DNA of 63,393 bases, counting the filler, from Octopus bimaculoides (lineage: Eukaryota), in assembly GCF_001194135.2 (NCBI RefSeq). It is 4 parts of 4 records of this genome, joined end to end, with 100 filler letters (N's around TTAATTAATTAA, not from the genome) between each part and the next. Parts side by side here need not be neighbours in the genome. Positions count along the whole stretch, not along the records: positions 23,297 to 38,739 come from NC_068982.1; 3 more parts are not named here. The stretch is one strand, 5' to 3'. Position 1 is the stretch's first letter; every line of letters starts with the position of its first letter. Below, one piece after another: positions 23,531 through 37,424 of the stretch. The translations under genes were made by a program, and so were the position numbers. A model generated the notes under the pieces. The model was not told the DNA's origin and did not search any database. It was given only the letters and a program-made list of their open reading frames with translations.

Positions 23531-24014
23531 ATGTGTGTGTACATATATGCATGGATATATGCATATATATATATATATAACAAATATTCATATTCAATAA
23601 TATTTAGTATTAGTATTCAGTAATAACCATATTAATGTTTCTATGTATACACTTAAGCACACACATACTTACCTACATATGAGCTCACATCAGCTCAGCT
23701 ATTATTCTACTAATAAATACCAGTCAATATTCATGGCGATGCAGTAAGCAGTCTGCTGGTGTCTTTAACATCTGTGCATTAAGGTGAAATTGAAGTGTCA
23801 TAATACATTTTTCTGGGTCATTTTCCAAGACATATGACAGAATATATACATTACTGCTTGCCAGATTTATCTTATTTGTAGACATACATATTTATTCTGT
23901 AATAGTTTTTGTTTATTATAACTTATCTCGTTGGTATCTTTTAATAATAATAATAATAATAATGATAATAATAATAATAGTTGACGTCGTCATCATCATC
24001 ATCATCATCATCTG

Positions 24015-24255
24015 ACCAAACCAGTGCAGTCTTCTCTTGCACACAGCATCTAATGTCTCTTATACCTAGTTTTCCTCTTAAATCATTTACACTCTGTCGT
24101 GTGCGCATACTGACATTACCCATCCGTCAGAGCTTACCAGCTTCATTTCTTTCAAAACATCGCAAATCCTTTTACTGCCATGTAGCATAGCGGTACATAC
24201 ACAAGCATCCTACAATCTGCCTTTCACTCTGAGGGAGAAGCCCTTAGTTACCAGT
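24015..24255 (-). mobile_element. RTE-clade LINE fragment, C-terminal ORF, frameshifted
   Basis: KGRL*DACVCTAMLHGS and NVSMRTRQSVNDLRGKLGIRDIRCCVQE. Confidence 0.75.
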
Positions 24256-24894
24256 TTTCTTAAAATATGCATACATTGCATACACACTCACCTGTTTTTA
24301 AGTAAGGCAATAATTGTCTAGTCTACCAAACAATGAATAGCTCAGACATAGTTATGTGGTGTGCTGGAAACAAATGACTTCCTTTGAATGAATATTTTGT
24401 TTTCTGTAAGTGAACACACATGAAGATGAGAAGGGTAAAAAATGAACTCTCTCTCTCATACACACACACACACTTATTTATACATACACTCGATAGACTT
24501 CTTCAGTTTTTATCTCTCAATTTCATTCACAAGATATTCTTTTCTACTCTAGGCACAAAGCCCAAAATTTTGGCGGGGGGAGCCAGTTGATTATATCGAC
24601 CCCAGTACGCAACTGGTACTTAGTTTATCGACCTTGAAAGGATGAAAGGCAAAGTCGACCTCAGCGGAATTTGAACTCAGAACGTAAAGACATATGAAAT
24701 ACCGCTAAGCTTTTCACCTAGCATGCTAACGTTTCTGCCAGCTCATCGCCTTTTCACTCACAAGATATTGGTTGAGCCATGGCTATTGTATAAAAGCCAA
24801 CCTTGAAGACATGGCATATTAAATAAATCTGCCATATTATTGTATCACTACAGCATGAAACTAATAGTAGCTCTTTTTTTTTTTTATATTAAAT

Positions 24895-25268
24895 TATATT
24901 TATGTCTCCCAGGTCAAAAGATCGTAAGACAAGAAATTGCTGCCAGAAGTGCTATAAGCCCATTTGCTTGGAACATGCTATGCACATTTGTATTGTCTGC
25001 TTTGCTCAGAGTGATGAGGAGGATAGAGCACTCTCCCCACCAAAAAGTAGTTTTATTTTGTTTGACCTTCATTTTAAAAGGGTGCACTTTTGTTTTTGTT
25101 CACATGTTAAATAGATACATTATATCAGAATATGTTTTTTGGTAATGTTATTGCTTAAGAACACATTTAAAATAATAGAAATTACTCAAAATAGCTAAAA
25201 CTCTGAGTGGAGTTCTCCATACCCCACTGCACTAACCAAGAAAAATACAGAACCGCACCACCAGAGGG
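24895..25268 (+). mobile_element. piggyBac right end with C-terminal Cys-rich domain remnant
   Basis: PRSKDRKTRNCCQKCYKPICLEHAMHICIVC; ends ...ccagaggg|TTAA. Confidence 0.8.
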
Positions 25269-27235
25269 TTAAGAACTTTTTAAAGGGAACTTTTACATAT
25301 CTCAACAATTTATTCTAGTTTATGAATTTTCTTTTCTCTATATGTTATAGAAATATATGTCATAACCTGACATCATACCTGTTGCTTACCTGTCTGTATT
25401 TTTGTTCTGTTGTACATATACCAGCTTGCTTGATACATTGCCTATAAACTAAACCTTCATTTAAGCAGCTACTACATTGGAGTTTAAACACAAATTTGCC
25501 CTGAGCTCTGATTATATTTATCTGTTATGTGTCAATAAAAATAAGTACCAATCAAGCACTGGGGTTGATGTAATTGACTAGTTCCCTCTCGCTAAATTTC
25601 AGGTTTTGTGCCTATAAAAGAAAGGATTATGTTATGTCATTTGATATGTTACCCACTATATATATAGAGAGGGGGGGGGAGAAAGAGAGATATCAAAATA
25701 AAAACGAAAAAGAAAGACATTTGGCATCACTTGAAAAAGACAGTTAATTTAAATAGAGAATATAAACATATAGAGTCTCTTAAAGTAGTTTCTAGAACAG
25801 CCAAGCATTTGGATCATGATATTGAGTAAGGATTCCCTAAGTTGAGTATTCCATCATCAGAGAGGGAGAAGTCAAAGAAAAGCTTCTTCCCAATGTCCAT
25901 CTACCAAATCCATGCACAAGGCTTCTATAGCAGAATACTTGCTTAAGGTGCTGTGTAATGGGGTAGAACACGAAAATTACATGATTGGAAAATGTGTATC
26001 TCATCTTCTTCTGCCTGCTTTAATTCTAAAAATTTTCATTTTTTGTTTTTTTTTATATGTACACAAAAGAGAAAAATAACATCAGAAAAAACATTTTGAA
26101 TTTATGACCAACAGTTGTATATTATGGACGTTTATCAGACATACCAATTTTATGGAAATATATAGGATAATAATCTATTGCATTATATATGTATGTACTT
26201 ACATACATATGTGGTGTGTGTGTGTGCATGCGTGCGTGTGTGTATATATTTAGAGAGAGAGAAGGTATGTAAATATATTAGTTAGTGTCTTTTTGCAATA
26301 ATGGCATCTTGTTATATAGATAATGTTGTTTATTTGGGAATGACAGAAACTCAAACCAAATTTGTCAGTAGACATAAAGCTAACAGATTATTACTCAATA
26401 ATTTAGAAGAAAATGTCTGTCTTTACTTTCTGAGTTCAAATTCCACTGAGGTCGACTTTGCCTTTCATCCTTTCGGGGTGAATAAATTAAGTACCAGTTG
26501 CGTACTGGGGTTGATCTAATCGACTGCCCCCCCCCCGCCTCCCTAGAAATTTTGGGCCTTGTGCCTAGAGTGGAAAAGAATAATTTGGAAAAAAGTAAGC
26601 ACAACCAAATTTTGAGAAAGTAGTATGTAGACAATTGATAGTATATGAATATGGCCCATACCTTTAATATTTGCATTGTGCAATGTAAGAGAGTAATCAG
26701 GTAGGTTTGAAACCAGCCATACCTGGCCCAATTTATGTTCAAACCAGTAAGATCTGACCTTTCATACCAACCCTAGAATGTCATTTTAAAAATATAGTCA
26801 TATCGTTGAAATCTTTAAGCTATGAGATATTGTATAATTAATTCAAAACAATGTGAATAAATAAGCATTACATTAGCCACAGTTATCTGAATGCTGAATT
26901 ACTTTAAATAGTACTTTAGATTATGTTTTAAATAGAGTAGGCTAACATTTTAGCTGCACTTAGCATACATTTTCTTTATATGTAGTAATTAGATTTTTTT
27001 GTTTAAGTAGCTTTGTACTAAAAATAATGTATTTTTGTGACATTCCAACAAAACTAATAGATAAATTCTGTCATATTGGCCCATATTATTGTTCTTGAAG
27101 CAGAACCAGTAATAGTTTAGAGTTTTGGAAAATGTTACTTTTATTGATGACATATAAATGGTAGATTTTATTGTTCATACCAAATAGGATAAAACTAAGC
27201 ATTAATGTGTTGTACATGGATAAAACAAAAAAATG

Positions 27236-27600
27236 TGGCTGTGTGGTAAGAAGTTTACTTCTCAACCACATAGTTCTATATTCAGTCCTATTGTGTGGCA
27301 CCATGGGCAAGTGTCATCTACTCTAGCTTCAGGCTGACTGAAGCCTTGTGAGTGGATTTGGGAAATTGAAACTGAAAGAAGCCCATAGTGTGTGTGTGTT
27401 TGTGTCTTTGCTTGTCCCCCATATCACCTGACAACTAGTGTTGTGTATTTACATCCCTGTAACTTAGTGGTTTGGAAAAATAGATTGAATAGAATACGTA
27501 CCAGACTTTAAAAATAAGTATTGGGGGTCAATTTATTCAACTAAAAGCTTGTCAAGGTGGTGCCCCAACATGACCATAGTGAAATGGCTGAAACAATTAC
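27236..27600 (+). mobile_element. SINE family A, old diverged copy
   Basis: gtggctgtgtggtaag head through gctgaaacaattac tail. Confidence 0.8.
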
Positions 27601-28406
27601 AAAAAAAGAAGCATACTTTTTTCCCCATCTGGATGGAATACTGGTCATTCACAGGTTTACTCATTTTTGCCAGCTAAGTGGACTGGAGCAACATGAAAGT
27701 GAGGTAGACCAAGGAAAACATCGAGGGGACAGGTGGAGGAGGAGATTGGGAAGGTTGGCTTGAGAAGGGAGGATGCCCAAAACCAGGCGAGATGGTGTGA
27801 GGGTGGTTGCTATAGCACTGAGGTAGATCCAGCCACCCCCATTAATGGGAACAAAACCTGGATTTAAAACACTGGATGATGATGATGAGGTCCTGGGGTA
27901 CTAGGGTTGATTTGTTGGATTAAACCCTTTAAAGCAGTACCCTGACATAATTGCAGTACAATCCTTCTTCTTATCATCATCATCATCATCCTTGTTTAAC
28001 ATCTGCTCTCCATGCTGGTATGGGTTGGACGGTGTGACCAGAGCTGGCAAGCAGGAGAGCTGCACCATACTCCAGACTGATTTAGCTTTGTTTCTATGCT
28101 CAGATGCTCTTCCTAATGCCAGCCACTTAACAGAGTGTACTGAGTGCATTTTACACGCCACCAGCATGGGTGCATTTGTGCAGCACAGGCATGGGTGCAT
28201 TAATGCAGCACCAGCACGGATGCATTTTAAGTGGCACTGACATCTGAAAGGACAAGCTTGTATGGGTGGATGTGGTAGACAGTGATTTCACTTAACTTGA
28301 TGTGTCTTATCCAGTATAGTGAATTATCACATATCCCAATCCCAGCATCTGAAGATCCTTTCTCATCCCTTCGTCCTTTGTCTCCCTGGGTCTATACCTT
28401 TCACAG

Positions 28407-28476
28407 GTACCTTCCACAATCAGAGCTCTGCACTTCTTTATGCAGCTGCCCTCTTCCATACACAAGCAAACAAAAG
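28407..28476 (+). CDS. Putative exon of an unidentified gene
   Basis: Strong pyrimidine tract ...cctttcacag and AG|gtaaaa donor; all three frames are open; no homologue recognised. Confidence 0.35.
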
Positions 28477-29613
28477 GTAAAAGATAAAGAAAATCATGTT
28501 TAGTATAGATAAACTAATAATTTGTCTTTTAGAATTTGATAGTAACATGGTAAAAATGCTAAATTATTTTGTTCACATCCTGAAAATGTTATAAACTTTT
28601 GAAAGAATGTGATATAATTCTTTTTTTGAACAGTGAATCACAAAGCACATTACATAAAACTATAAACAGTAAGGCCACATCTCCCGGTGGAAAGGATTGA
28701 CCTGCAAGAATCCGGTGCTGGTACCATGTGAAAGGTACTCATGTCAGTGTCACGTAGAAGTGCTCATGATGGTGCCATGTTTAAAGCACAAGCACACACT
28801 GTAAAGGGGTTGGCATTAGGAAGAACAGCCTAACGTAGAAACCAAGTCAAATCAGACTGGAACCTGGTGAAGGCCTTCTACTTGCCAGCTCTGGTCAAAT
28901 TGTCCAACCCATGCTAGCATGGAAAATGGTCATTAAAGGATGATGATGATATTGGGTTGAAAAACCTTTTTGACTAGAGAAAGCTGAAGGTTGCCTGTGG
29001 GACAGATGCCCACATCTGTTGACATGACCAAAGCAATCCATTGGATTTCTCCACTTTAGAAACCTAGAACCATTCGATTTTTTTTTTTAAATCCAAAAGT
29101 GTTTTTCAACCCAATATTTACGTGCTATAAGTTGGCAGGATAATTAGCACACTGGATAGAATGCTTAGTGGGATTTTGTCTGACTTTATGTTCTAAGTTC
29201 AAATTCCACTGAGGTCAACTTTACCTTCTGTCTTTGTGAGGTCGATAAAATAAGTACTAGTTGAGCACCGGTAGGGGGGAGGTCAATGCTATTGATTTAC
29301 CCCTTCCCTTGAAATTGCTGGCCTTGTGCCAAAATTTGAAAACCAATATTTTCATGCAATTGTTTATAGCTTTTTGTATGCTTTGAGATTCACTGTTCCA
29401 GAAAGGAATTACTAAATTGTCACTTCATAGGAATTTGTTCATCATGAAGCTATGTTTTTATTTCTTACTTGCTCTACTGTTAACTAAAAGTGATGAGGAA
29501 TGTTCACTGTTTCACAGAAAGTACAACCCTGTACCAATGATAAGACAGGAACTCAAAATGTTTCAAGAAGCTAACACTTTATTCTAGCAACCATTGCAAT
29601 TTTCCATATACAG

Positions 29614-29694
29614 AATGAGTGATGTTCACTTTACCAGCAGAATTGTGCAAGACCAATCTCAAAACACTGAGCTTTACGAAGAAGATGATATGTG
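29614..29694 (+). CDS. Putative exon of an unidentified gene (MSDVHFTSRIVQDQSQNTELYEEDDMW, or an alternative acceptor/frame)
   Basis: ttttccatatacag acceptor and TG|gtacat donor, 81 nt, phase 2-2, compatible with 28407-28476 in one frame. Confidence 0.35.
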
Positions 29695-30689
29695 GTACAT
29701 TGCTGTCCTCAAGAAGACTCACCCACTATAACAGAAGTGAGATCCTAAACCAAGGTGCCATGTAGAAAGTATTGGTGTGGGTGCTGGTGTCACATAAGAA
29801 ATACTGTCTTTGGTGCTGTGTATTAAGCACTGGTTCTGGTGCCCTGGAAAAAGCACTGGTGATGGTATCATGTAAAAAGCACTGGTGGTGGTACCAGGTA
29901 AAAAGCACTTGATGCACTCTGTAAGGTGGTTGGCATTAGAAGGGCATCCAACCATAGAAACCAAGCCAAAATAGACTATAGAACTTGGTGTGATCCCCTG
30001 GTCTTGCCCCATTTCTGTCAAGCCATCCAACCCATGCTAGCATAAAAAACAGACGTTAAATGTCAACATTCAGCTGTTGAGTGGAGTTCAGTCAGAGTTA
30101 AGAAAAATCAAAGAGAGAGACATAGGTTGAAGTTATCTAAAGTAATCTGCAAATACTAAATTAGAAATACTCGAATACAAATACTAAATTAGATGAAGTA
30201 AGGAAGTGCAGACACACTGGAATGGCTGCAAGTAAAACAAATGTTATTGGCAACAGGTAAGGCAAATGATATTAGTAATTATAATGAAATTAGTTTTGCT
30301 TCACTTATTTCTTTAAATAGTGAAGTGAAAACAGGAAGATGTTATGTTCATACACTCTTATTAATAATACTGTTGGTGAGACAAGGGAAGTGGATCAAAA
30401 CTGCAATTAAAATTCAATTCACTGAGAATTTAACAACACATAACACCATCTGCTGCAACTACAATGATAACAGAGTAAATTATAACTTCTGACTTTTCTC
30501 TCAAAGTTTGGAAAACAGAATTAAATTCTTTTGTTTTAAATTGTTGCACTGACTGTTTCTGGTTCATTTTCAGTTAACAGATGAAACTCTACCACTGCCA
30601 TCGCCACTACTGCTGCTGCTGCTACCCCCCTCCTACTACTACTGCTGCTGCTGCTATTACTACTACTACTACTACTGTTATTAAGGCAG

Positions 30690-32190
30690 CAAGCTGGTAG
30701 AATTGTTAGTGTGCTAGACAAAATGTTAAGCATTTTGTCTGGCTTTATGTTCTGAGTTCAATTCCTCTGAGGTTGTTCTGAATTATGTTCTGAATTCCTT
30801 TAAGGTTGACATGGCCTTTCATCCATTTGAGGGTCAATAAAATAAGTACCATTTCAGCACTCTGGGTCGATGTAATCAACCCCCTCCTACTTCCAAAAAA
30901 AAGAATCAATAATATTATAGAGCATTGGGAAGAATGCTTTGTGGTATTTTTCCCAGCTCAGGTTCTGAGATTAACTTCATTTTTCATCCTTTCACAGGTC
31001 AATAGAATAAAGTACCAGTCAAGTACTGCGGTTGATGTTACTTAGTGGTTCCCCAAGTGGGTGGTATTGCTCCCCTGGAGATGGTGGAAAGTTCCAAGGG
31101 GATGTTGAAGAAAAGTGGAGTGATAATGGGGGAGCAATTCATGTAAAAACAACAAAATAATGGGTTCATTAGGTTAAGTTTTATTTGTTAAATACAATTA
31201 CTTTGCATTCTGTTGGTCTTTACATTTCCAAGTTCCAATCCTGCCATGGTTCACTTTGCTTTTCATCCATTCAGGGTCAATTAAATAAGTACTGGTTGAG
31301 CACTGGGGATCAAGAAGAAAGAATTATTATTGTTATTATTATTATTATTATTATTGAAAAAGTGGCGAACTGACAGAATCATTAGCGCACCAGACCAAAT
31401 GTTTAGTGGTATTTCATTTGTTTTAACATTCTGAGTTCATATGCCACCTGGGTCGACTTTGCTTTTCATCTTTTCAAGGTTGATAAACTAAGTACCAGTT
31501 ATGTACTGGATCGATGAAATCGTCTCATCCCCTCCCCCAAAATTTCAGATCCTGTGCCTATAGTGGAAAGGATTATTGTTATTACTGTGGTGGCAAGCTG
31601 GTAGAATCATAAGCACACTGGGCAAAATGCTTAGTGGCATTTCAGCCATCCATACATTCTGAGTTCAAATTCCACCGAAGTCAAATTTGCTTTTCATTCT
31701 TTTGGGTCAATAAATGAAGTACCAATGAAACACTGGGGTTGATGCAATTGATTAGTCCCCTTCACCAAAATTTCAGGCCTTGTGCCTATAGTAGAATGGA
31801 TTATTATTATTATTATTATTAAAAAAAAGGCAGCAAGCTATCAAAATTGTTAAAATGCCAAGCAAAATGCAGCTGTTCATTCCTCTTTCATTTTTGAGTT
31901 CAAATGTCACCAAATGCTGACTTTGCCTTTCATCCTTTTGGGGATCAATAAAATAAATACTAGTCAATCACTGGGATTGATGTAATTGACTAGCCCCCCC
32001 CCCCACTCACCCAAAATGCCAGGCATTGTATCTATAGTAGAAAGACTTATCATTATTAATTGCCTTTCATTGGGTTAGGATCAATACTATAAAGTACCAA
32101 TTAAATACTAGGATCAATGTAATTGCTTTTACTCCTCTCCTCAAAAGTGCTGGACTTGGGCCAACATTAGAAAGGATTATTATTATTATT
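30690..32190 (+). mobile_element. Head-to-tail array of at least six SINE B copies separated by (ATT)n, with a hAT-like fragment at ~31043
   Basis: Repeated cctttcatcc..gtcaataaaataagtacc cores; (ATT)n at ~31325, 31572, 31800, 32050 and 32177. Confidence 0.85.
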
Positions 32191-33045
32191 AATAGTAGGC
32201 ATTCCAAGGACAGTGGATGGCAGAAGTGGAAATGCTCCCTAAAAATATACCATGAGGTATTTTGTTAGGGAGCATTTGGTATACAAACCAATGAGAGGAC
32301 TCTACACACCATTATCATTATCATCATTGTTTAACGTCTGTCTTCCATGCTAGCATGGGTGGGAAATTCTCTTAGTCCCTTGTGGAGCATAGGGCCAGTT
32401 TCCCAGTTTCCATGGCGTATGTGTTCCCCGCTAGCTGGACAGGATGCCAGTCCATCGCAGCTTTTTACTCAAGAAACAGGAAAAAAGAGTGAGAGAAAGT
32501 TGGGGTGAAAGAGTACAACAGGGGTGCCACCACCCTCTGCCAGAGCCTCGTGGAGCTTTTTAGGTGTTTTCACTCAATAAACACACACAACACTCGGTCT
32601 GGGAATCGAAAAGCATGGGTGAGACGGTACCATAAGAGATAGCCAGCACCAGACTTCTGTGACTGTTTTGGCAAGATACAGCTGAATGCCTTTCCTAACA
32701 CCAGCAGAGTGGACTTGGTGCTTTTTACATGGCACAAGCACAAGCAAGGTCAGTTTTGGCAAGGTTTTTACAGCTGGATGCTCCTCCAAACACCAACCAC
32801 TTTACAGTGTGGACTGGGTACTTTTAAGTTGCAGGGCCACTAAGTACTTACAAGACATAAAAGAAGAAAAATGTCTACAAACCAATGGGGAACTCTATAT
32901 GTTCACAGTTAGAGATAACCAAATCCAATGTGTATCATCTTAAAAATGGAAAAACACATTGGATAATATAAGTTTAGATATACAAACATATATTTATTAG
33001 TGATAGAGGCAGTATTAGTACTGAGAGGTAATATTTATTCCCACA

Positions 33046-33156
33046 TGAGCATGGATGTCTTGTTAGACCATATTATACTGCAGTAGTTACCATGAGGGAA
33101 ACTCTCATGTGGTAACTGCTGCAGTGCAGCTTGTTCTAATAGAACATCCATGTTTA
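33046..33156. other. ~110-nt near-perfect inverted repeat (hairpin or tiny foldback element)
   Basis: catggatgtcttgttaga..ctgcagtagttaccatgagg pairs with ctctcatgtggtaactgctgcag..tctaatagaacatccatg. Confidence 0.75.
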
Positions 33157-34947
33157 AGTTTAGATATACAGAGATATACACCTAGAAAGGGTAGGTACAC
33201 ATTGAACAGTCTAGTCCCTGAAAAGAAAAAGATTGATTTCTCAGGTGTAGAATATTTTTGATCATAAGTCTATTATTTTGGTAAGGATTGTTAACCTGGG
33301 GGCTTGAAACAGCAGGAAAAGAAGAAAGGACATATTGAATAATATGTTCCATGAGAGCTCAGAAAGTCATGGTTGAACTGCTTTTGATTGAAGGTTTGTT
33401 CAATCACATTTGACCTACAGCTAAACAGCATCACTGACTTTTTGAAACAATGATTTTGTGGGACTGAAGTCTTTCAGTGACTTTATTTCATGCTAGAAAA
33501 AAAGAAAAGAAAGGAAGAATACAGACACATTGAGTAATGTCATCTAAGAAAGCTCTAAAAGAATGGTGTGGTAACGGCTGAATTGCTTTTGATCGTTAAT
33601 TTTCTTCAGTTACAATTGACCTAGGGTTAAGTAACATCATTGTCATGAACGACTTATTGAAAGGTCAATTTTGTGAGTGTAAGACTCAAAGTAGAAGTTG
33701 AACAAGGTCAGCCACTGGTCAGTAAGTAATCTAATGTCTTATTGATTAGAGCCAGTAATGGCATTTCAAATGCATTAACTGTCTCAGGTTTTTATTTTTT
33801 AATTTGATTAAATGAATTAAATCAATAAACTGTTCTCTGTTACCAAGGTTTCTAAAACATGCTACACAAGACAGGATCATAAAATAGCCAGGGTTGAAAA
33901 ATACTTTTAATTTCAGATATTGGAAATGAAGTGAAAGTATCTGCTATCTGCTATTATCTATGTAACTCGTTGCATCACACAGCCATTCAGCATCACTGAG
34001 ACTCTGAGTTACCATAGTAATTCTATTTTGGTAACAACATTCTGTATACAGCGTATACATGTTACACATAAGCTGATCACTGGAATATGTTAGTTTTCAT
34101 TTTATAAATTTAACATTCAAAAGGTTCGTGTTTGCTTTCTTTCTATTTCTTTAAACTTTATTCCTTTCTTTCATGCTTTTCTAATATTTCTCTATCTAAA
34201 GATGGTGAACTGGGAGAACTGTTACCATGCTGGGCAAAATGCTTGGTGACATTTCATCTGTCTTTTTGTTCAGAGTTCAGATTCAACTTTGCCTTTCATC
34301 CTTTCAGGGTTGCTAAAATAAGTACCAGTTGAGCACTGGGGTTGATGTAATCAATGTATCCCCTCCCCTGAAATTGCTGACCTTGTGCCAAAATTTGAAA
34401 TAATATTTCTTTCAAGCCTTTTAATTTTATTTCTAATTTATTCACCCTCACTGGAACATGTTTTTTCTCAGCTTTTCCAAAATATGTTTAACTCAAGCCT
34501 TCTTTTATATCTGTTATATTTATCTTTGACTTTATATGCTTGACTCAAAATCTTTATATCTGTTTTGCCAGCCTGGCTTTTATATCTGTTTTGCCAGCCT
34601 GGCTTTTATATCTGTTTTGCTCATCCATGCCTTTATATCTGCTTTTCTGAAATTTGTTTTGCATCTGCTTCATCCATCTTTAAGTTGTTCTAATGATTCA
34701 TATTTTTATATCTGTTCTTAAGCTTGTCTTTTATATGCTTTATTTTTAAACATTTATGTCTTCACAAGCTTGCTTTTATATCTCGTTTATTCATGCTACT
34801 ATCTAAATTGTTTTCTTACCCCTCTTATATCTATTTTTTCTAACATTCATACCTCTTCTCCTTTGGCTTTTTCTCTTCTCATACATTAATATAAATTTCT
34901 TTTCTAGTTGCCTATGTTTAGCTCTTTATCTTCCAACTTTATCTTAA

Positions 34948-35161
34948 TCCATTAGCTTTTAAACAAGCCATTCTAGCTCACATATCCTACATGTATTATG
35001 TTCAAATTGGCCAGATACAACCTCTCGCAGAAACCCTACAATGTCATACAAATATATCATCAAAATCTCAAAGCTATGTGATAATGCACAACTAAATTCA
35101 AAACCATGTACAGTAAATGAATAAGCATTACTTTTGACAGAGTGATATGAATGCTAAAGGG
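34948..35161 (+). mobile_element. piggyBac-type MITE with TTAA on both sides
   Basis: TTAA|tccattagc ... tgaatgctaaaggg|TTAA. Confidence 0.7.
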
Positions 35162-35269
35162 TTAATATGCTTTTTAATTCTTTTAAAAATAATGGTCATA
35201 TTCTACTTCAACTCTGTTTTTTCTTACCTTTTATGCTTAAATCTTTATATTTATATCCATTTTCTTTCT

Positions 35270-36660
35270 TCCATTAATGAAGTGTTTTTACATGGTGCCA
35301 TAATACAGAAGACTTTATCAAAACATTGAGCTCATTCACTTTTGTTCCTCTTGAAACAAATGGTAGTGTTTGTTGGAAGTCTCCTGACAATAATACTGTT
35401 ATATTTCCCATCATGGAATTAAAATTTCTAATGTCTCATAATGTTCTGTCCACAGCTTCAAAAGCTTTTTTGTGGGCCATGGTACATTCATCCCAGACAA
35501 TTAAGTGACATCTTTGTATTAGTTCACCCATTCCAGAATTTTTAGATATATTACAAACTGGATCTTTTTTGCTAGATAAATCTAAAGGTAACTTGAATGG
35601 TAAATGGGCAGTCCGATCTCCGGTAGTAATGTTGTTGCAATTCCAGAAGTAGTAGTAACTAAAGTTATTGTATTTTCTTGATGAACTTTAGCCAGGAGGA
35701 GTTTAATTACAAATGTTTCCTCCTGGAGTATCTAAGAAATAAAGTCTTCCTATCTTATTGTTAATACTTTCTATGATAGTGGAATATGCATGACATTGAT
35801 CAGGTAGAAGCTTGGGAAGATTATTATTTATGTCCATGGTCAGTTCCTTCATATCATAGGAAATTTCCTTCGTTATTTCAGTAGACAAACTGTTAAGATC
35901 CCCTCTATTAGTTAGTGGGAGACCTAAATTTTCAATAGGTTCACCTCCCATCGAAATAATTTTATCTTTTATTTCAGTCAAAGACACATTGTATATAGCA
36001 TCAGTGAAACCAATATCTTGCTCAGGATTACTCAACTGAACTTGGTGCTTGAAATCTTCAGCAAGATCATTTCTGAACTTAATCCACAATTCATTAGGAT
36101 TGCTTCACAATTTTTGAGAATACTAGCAAAAAGACCTCTTAAACTCTTTGGTGTTTTTGATATTGAAGCTTTTTCCAGTGTTGCTTCCCATTGCTGGTCA
36201 TTTACAAGCAAACCTAACTTCAAACATGCCTCTTGATATGCTTTGCAAATTTCACCATCAACTTCTTTCAAACATTCCCATGAAGTTGGTCCTCTTTTTA
36301 CATGAAGATGCATTCTGAGATGAAAGCATTGATTTTCGTTAGGATGTACAGTTTATACTCTACCAATTGTTGTACCAAACTTAATCTGAGAATGACATTG
36401 AACCTTTGTATCTATTGCGCATCTATTCCATTTATTATTACTCCATGTATAATAAGAAGGAACCTCATAATATAGTAGCGTTTTTGCAAAATTGTACCCC
36501 CAACAAAGATTGAAAAAAAGCTGTTAAAGTGGTATCCTTTGGATTTGAAACTTTATTTGCAGCTGTCTCAGCAGTGAAGCAAACCCTTTGACCATTTTGT
36601 AAATGCAAAGAAAGTTGTTGAATGGGTGCCTTTCGTGGATTGGGAATCCAAATATGCACC
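35270..36660 (-). pseudogene. Helitron RepHel fragment (Rep-helicase linker plus N-terminal Pif1 helicase), disrupted
   Basis: LSLHLQNGQRVCFT..KDTTLTAFF, GPTSWECLKEVDG..YQEACLKLGLL, YFLDTPGG (Walker A start), WDECTMAHK and GDFQQTLP; multiple frameshifts. Confidence 0.9.
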
Positions 36661-36818
36661 AGAAGGTCGCATTACTGCTTATATATCTCCCTAATTGGTA
36701 TTGTTTATAGGCTGTATTCCCAACGAGAATTGAAATATTCAGTTTTGAATCTGAACCAGAGTGAGACTACTCCTACAGATTTGTTGTCTCTACTTTCCTT
36801 TCGACAGACAGCTTTGAG

Positions 36819-37424
36819 CCCTTTCGTTACTAACCCGGCCGTGGCCGGCCGAGAGTACCCATTGTTATTTAAATGTAATTTGAACCCAAATCTCGTTAGT
36901 ACATTCGTTAAAACACGTGATTTCACTTTGCAAACAGTTGAGTTATTGTATCCGACATTGTTTGGCGTGATATTTGAACTCAGTGAATTTTGGAAGATTT
37001 TTTTTTTCCACGTTTTTTGCGGCGTTAATTTTTTTTTCAACTTTGAAGATTGAGAGGAGTTTCATGCTATCAAGCAGTGATTCCGAATTTGAAGGCTTTT
37101 CAACAGAACATATGGAGATATCGAAGAAAAGAATGAATGAGCTACAAAAGCACGTGGTGAACGATAATGAATCGGATATTTCTGTATCCGAAAGCAGCGG
37201 CAGTGACGGTAACAGCGAGGATGATTTTACACCAGAATGGAGTAAAGATTTTTAGAATATTTTTATTAACGATTTTTCTGAGGAGACAGGGTCTACCCAT
37301 AATCTTTCTCAGGAATCAAAACCTTTAGGCTTCTTTTTCTTATTTTTTCCAGCATGCTTGTTTGAAATGATTACTGCGGAAACAAACCGTTACGCAGAAT
37401 GTAAACAAGTCGGAAAAAAAGATA
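36819..37424 (+). mobile_element. piggyBac left end plus N-terminal transposase (PGBD-like), in-frame stop at 37253-37255
   Basis: CCCTTTCGTTACT terminus, acidic SDSE N-terminus, KPLGFFFLFFPACLFEMITAETNRYA motif. Confidence 0.75.
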
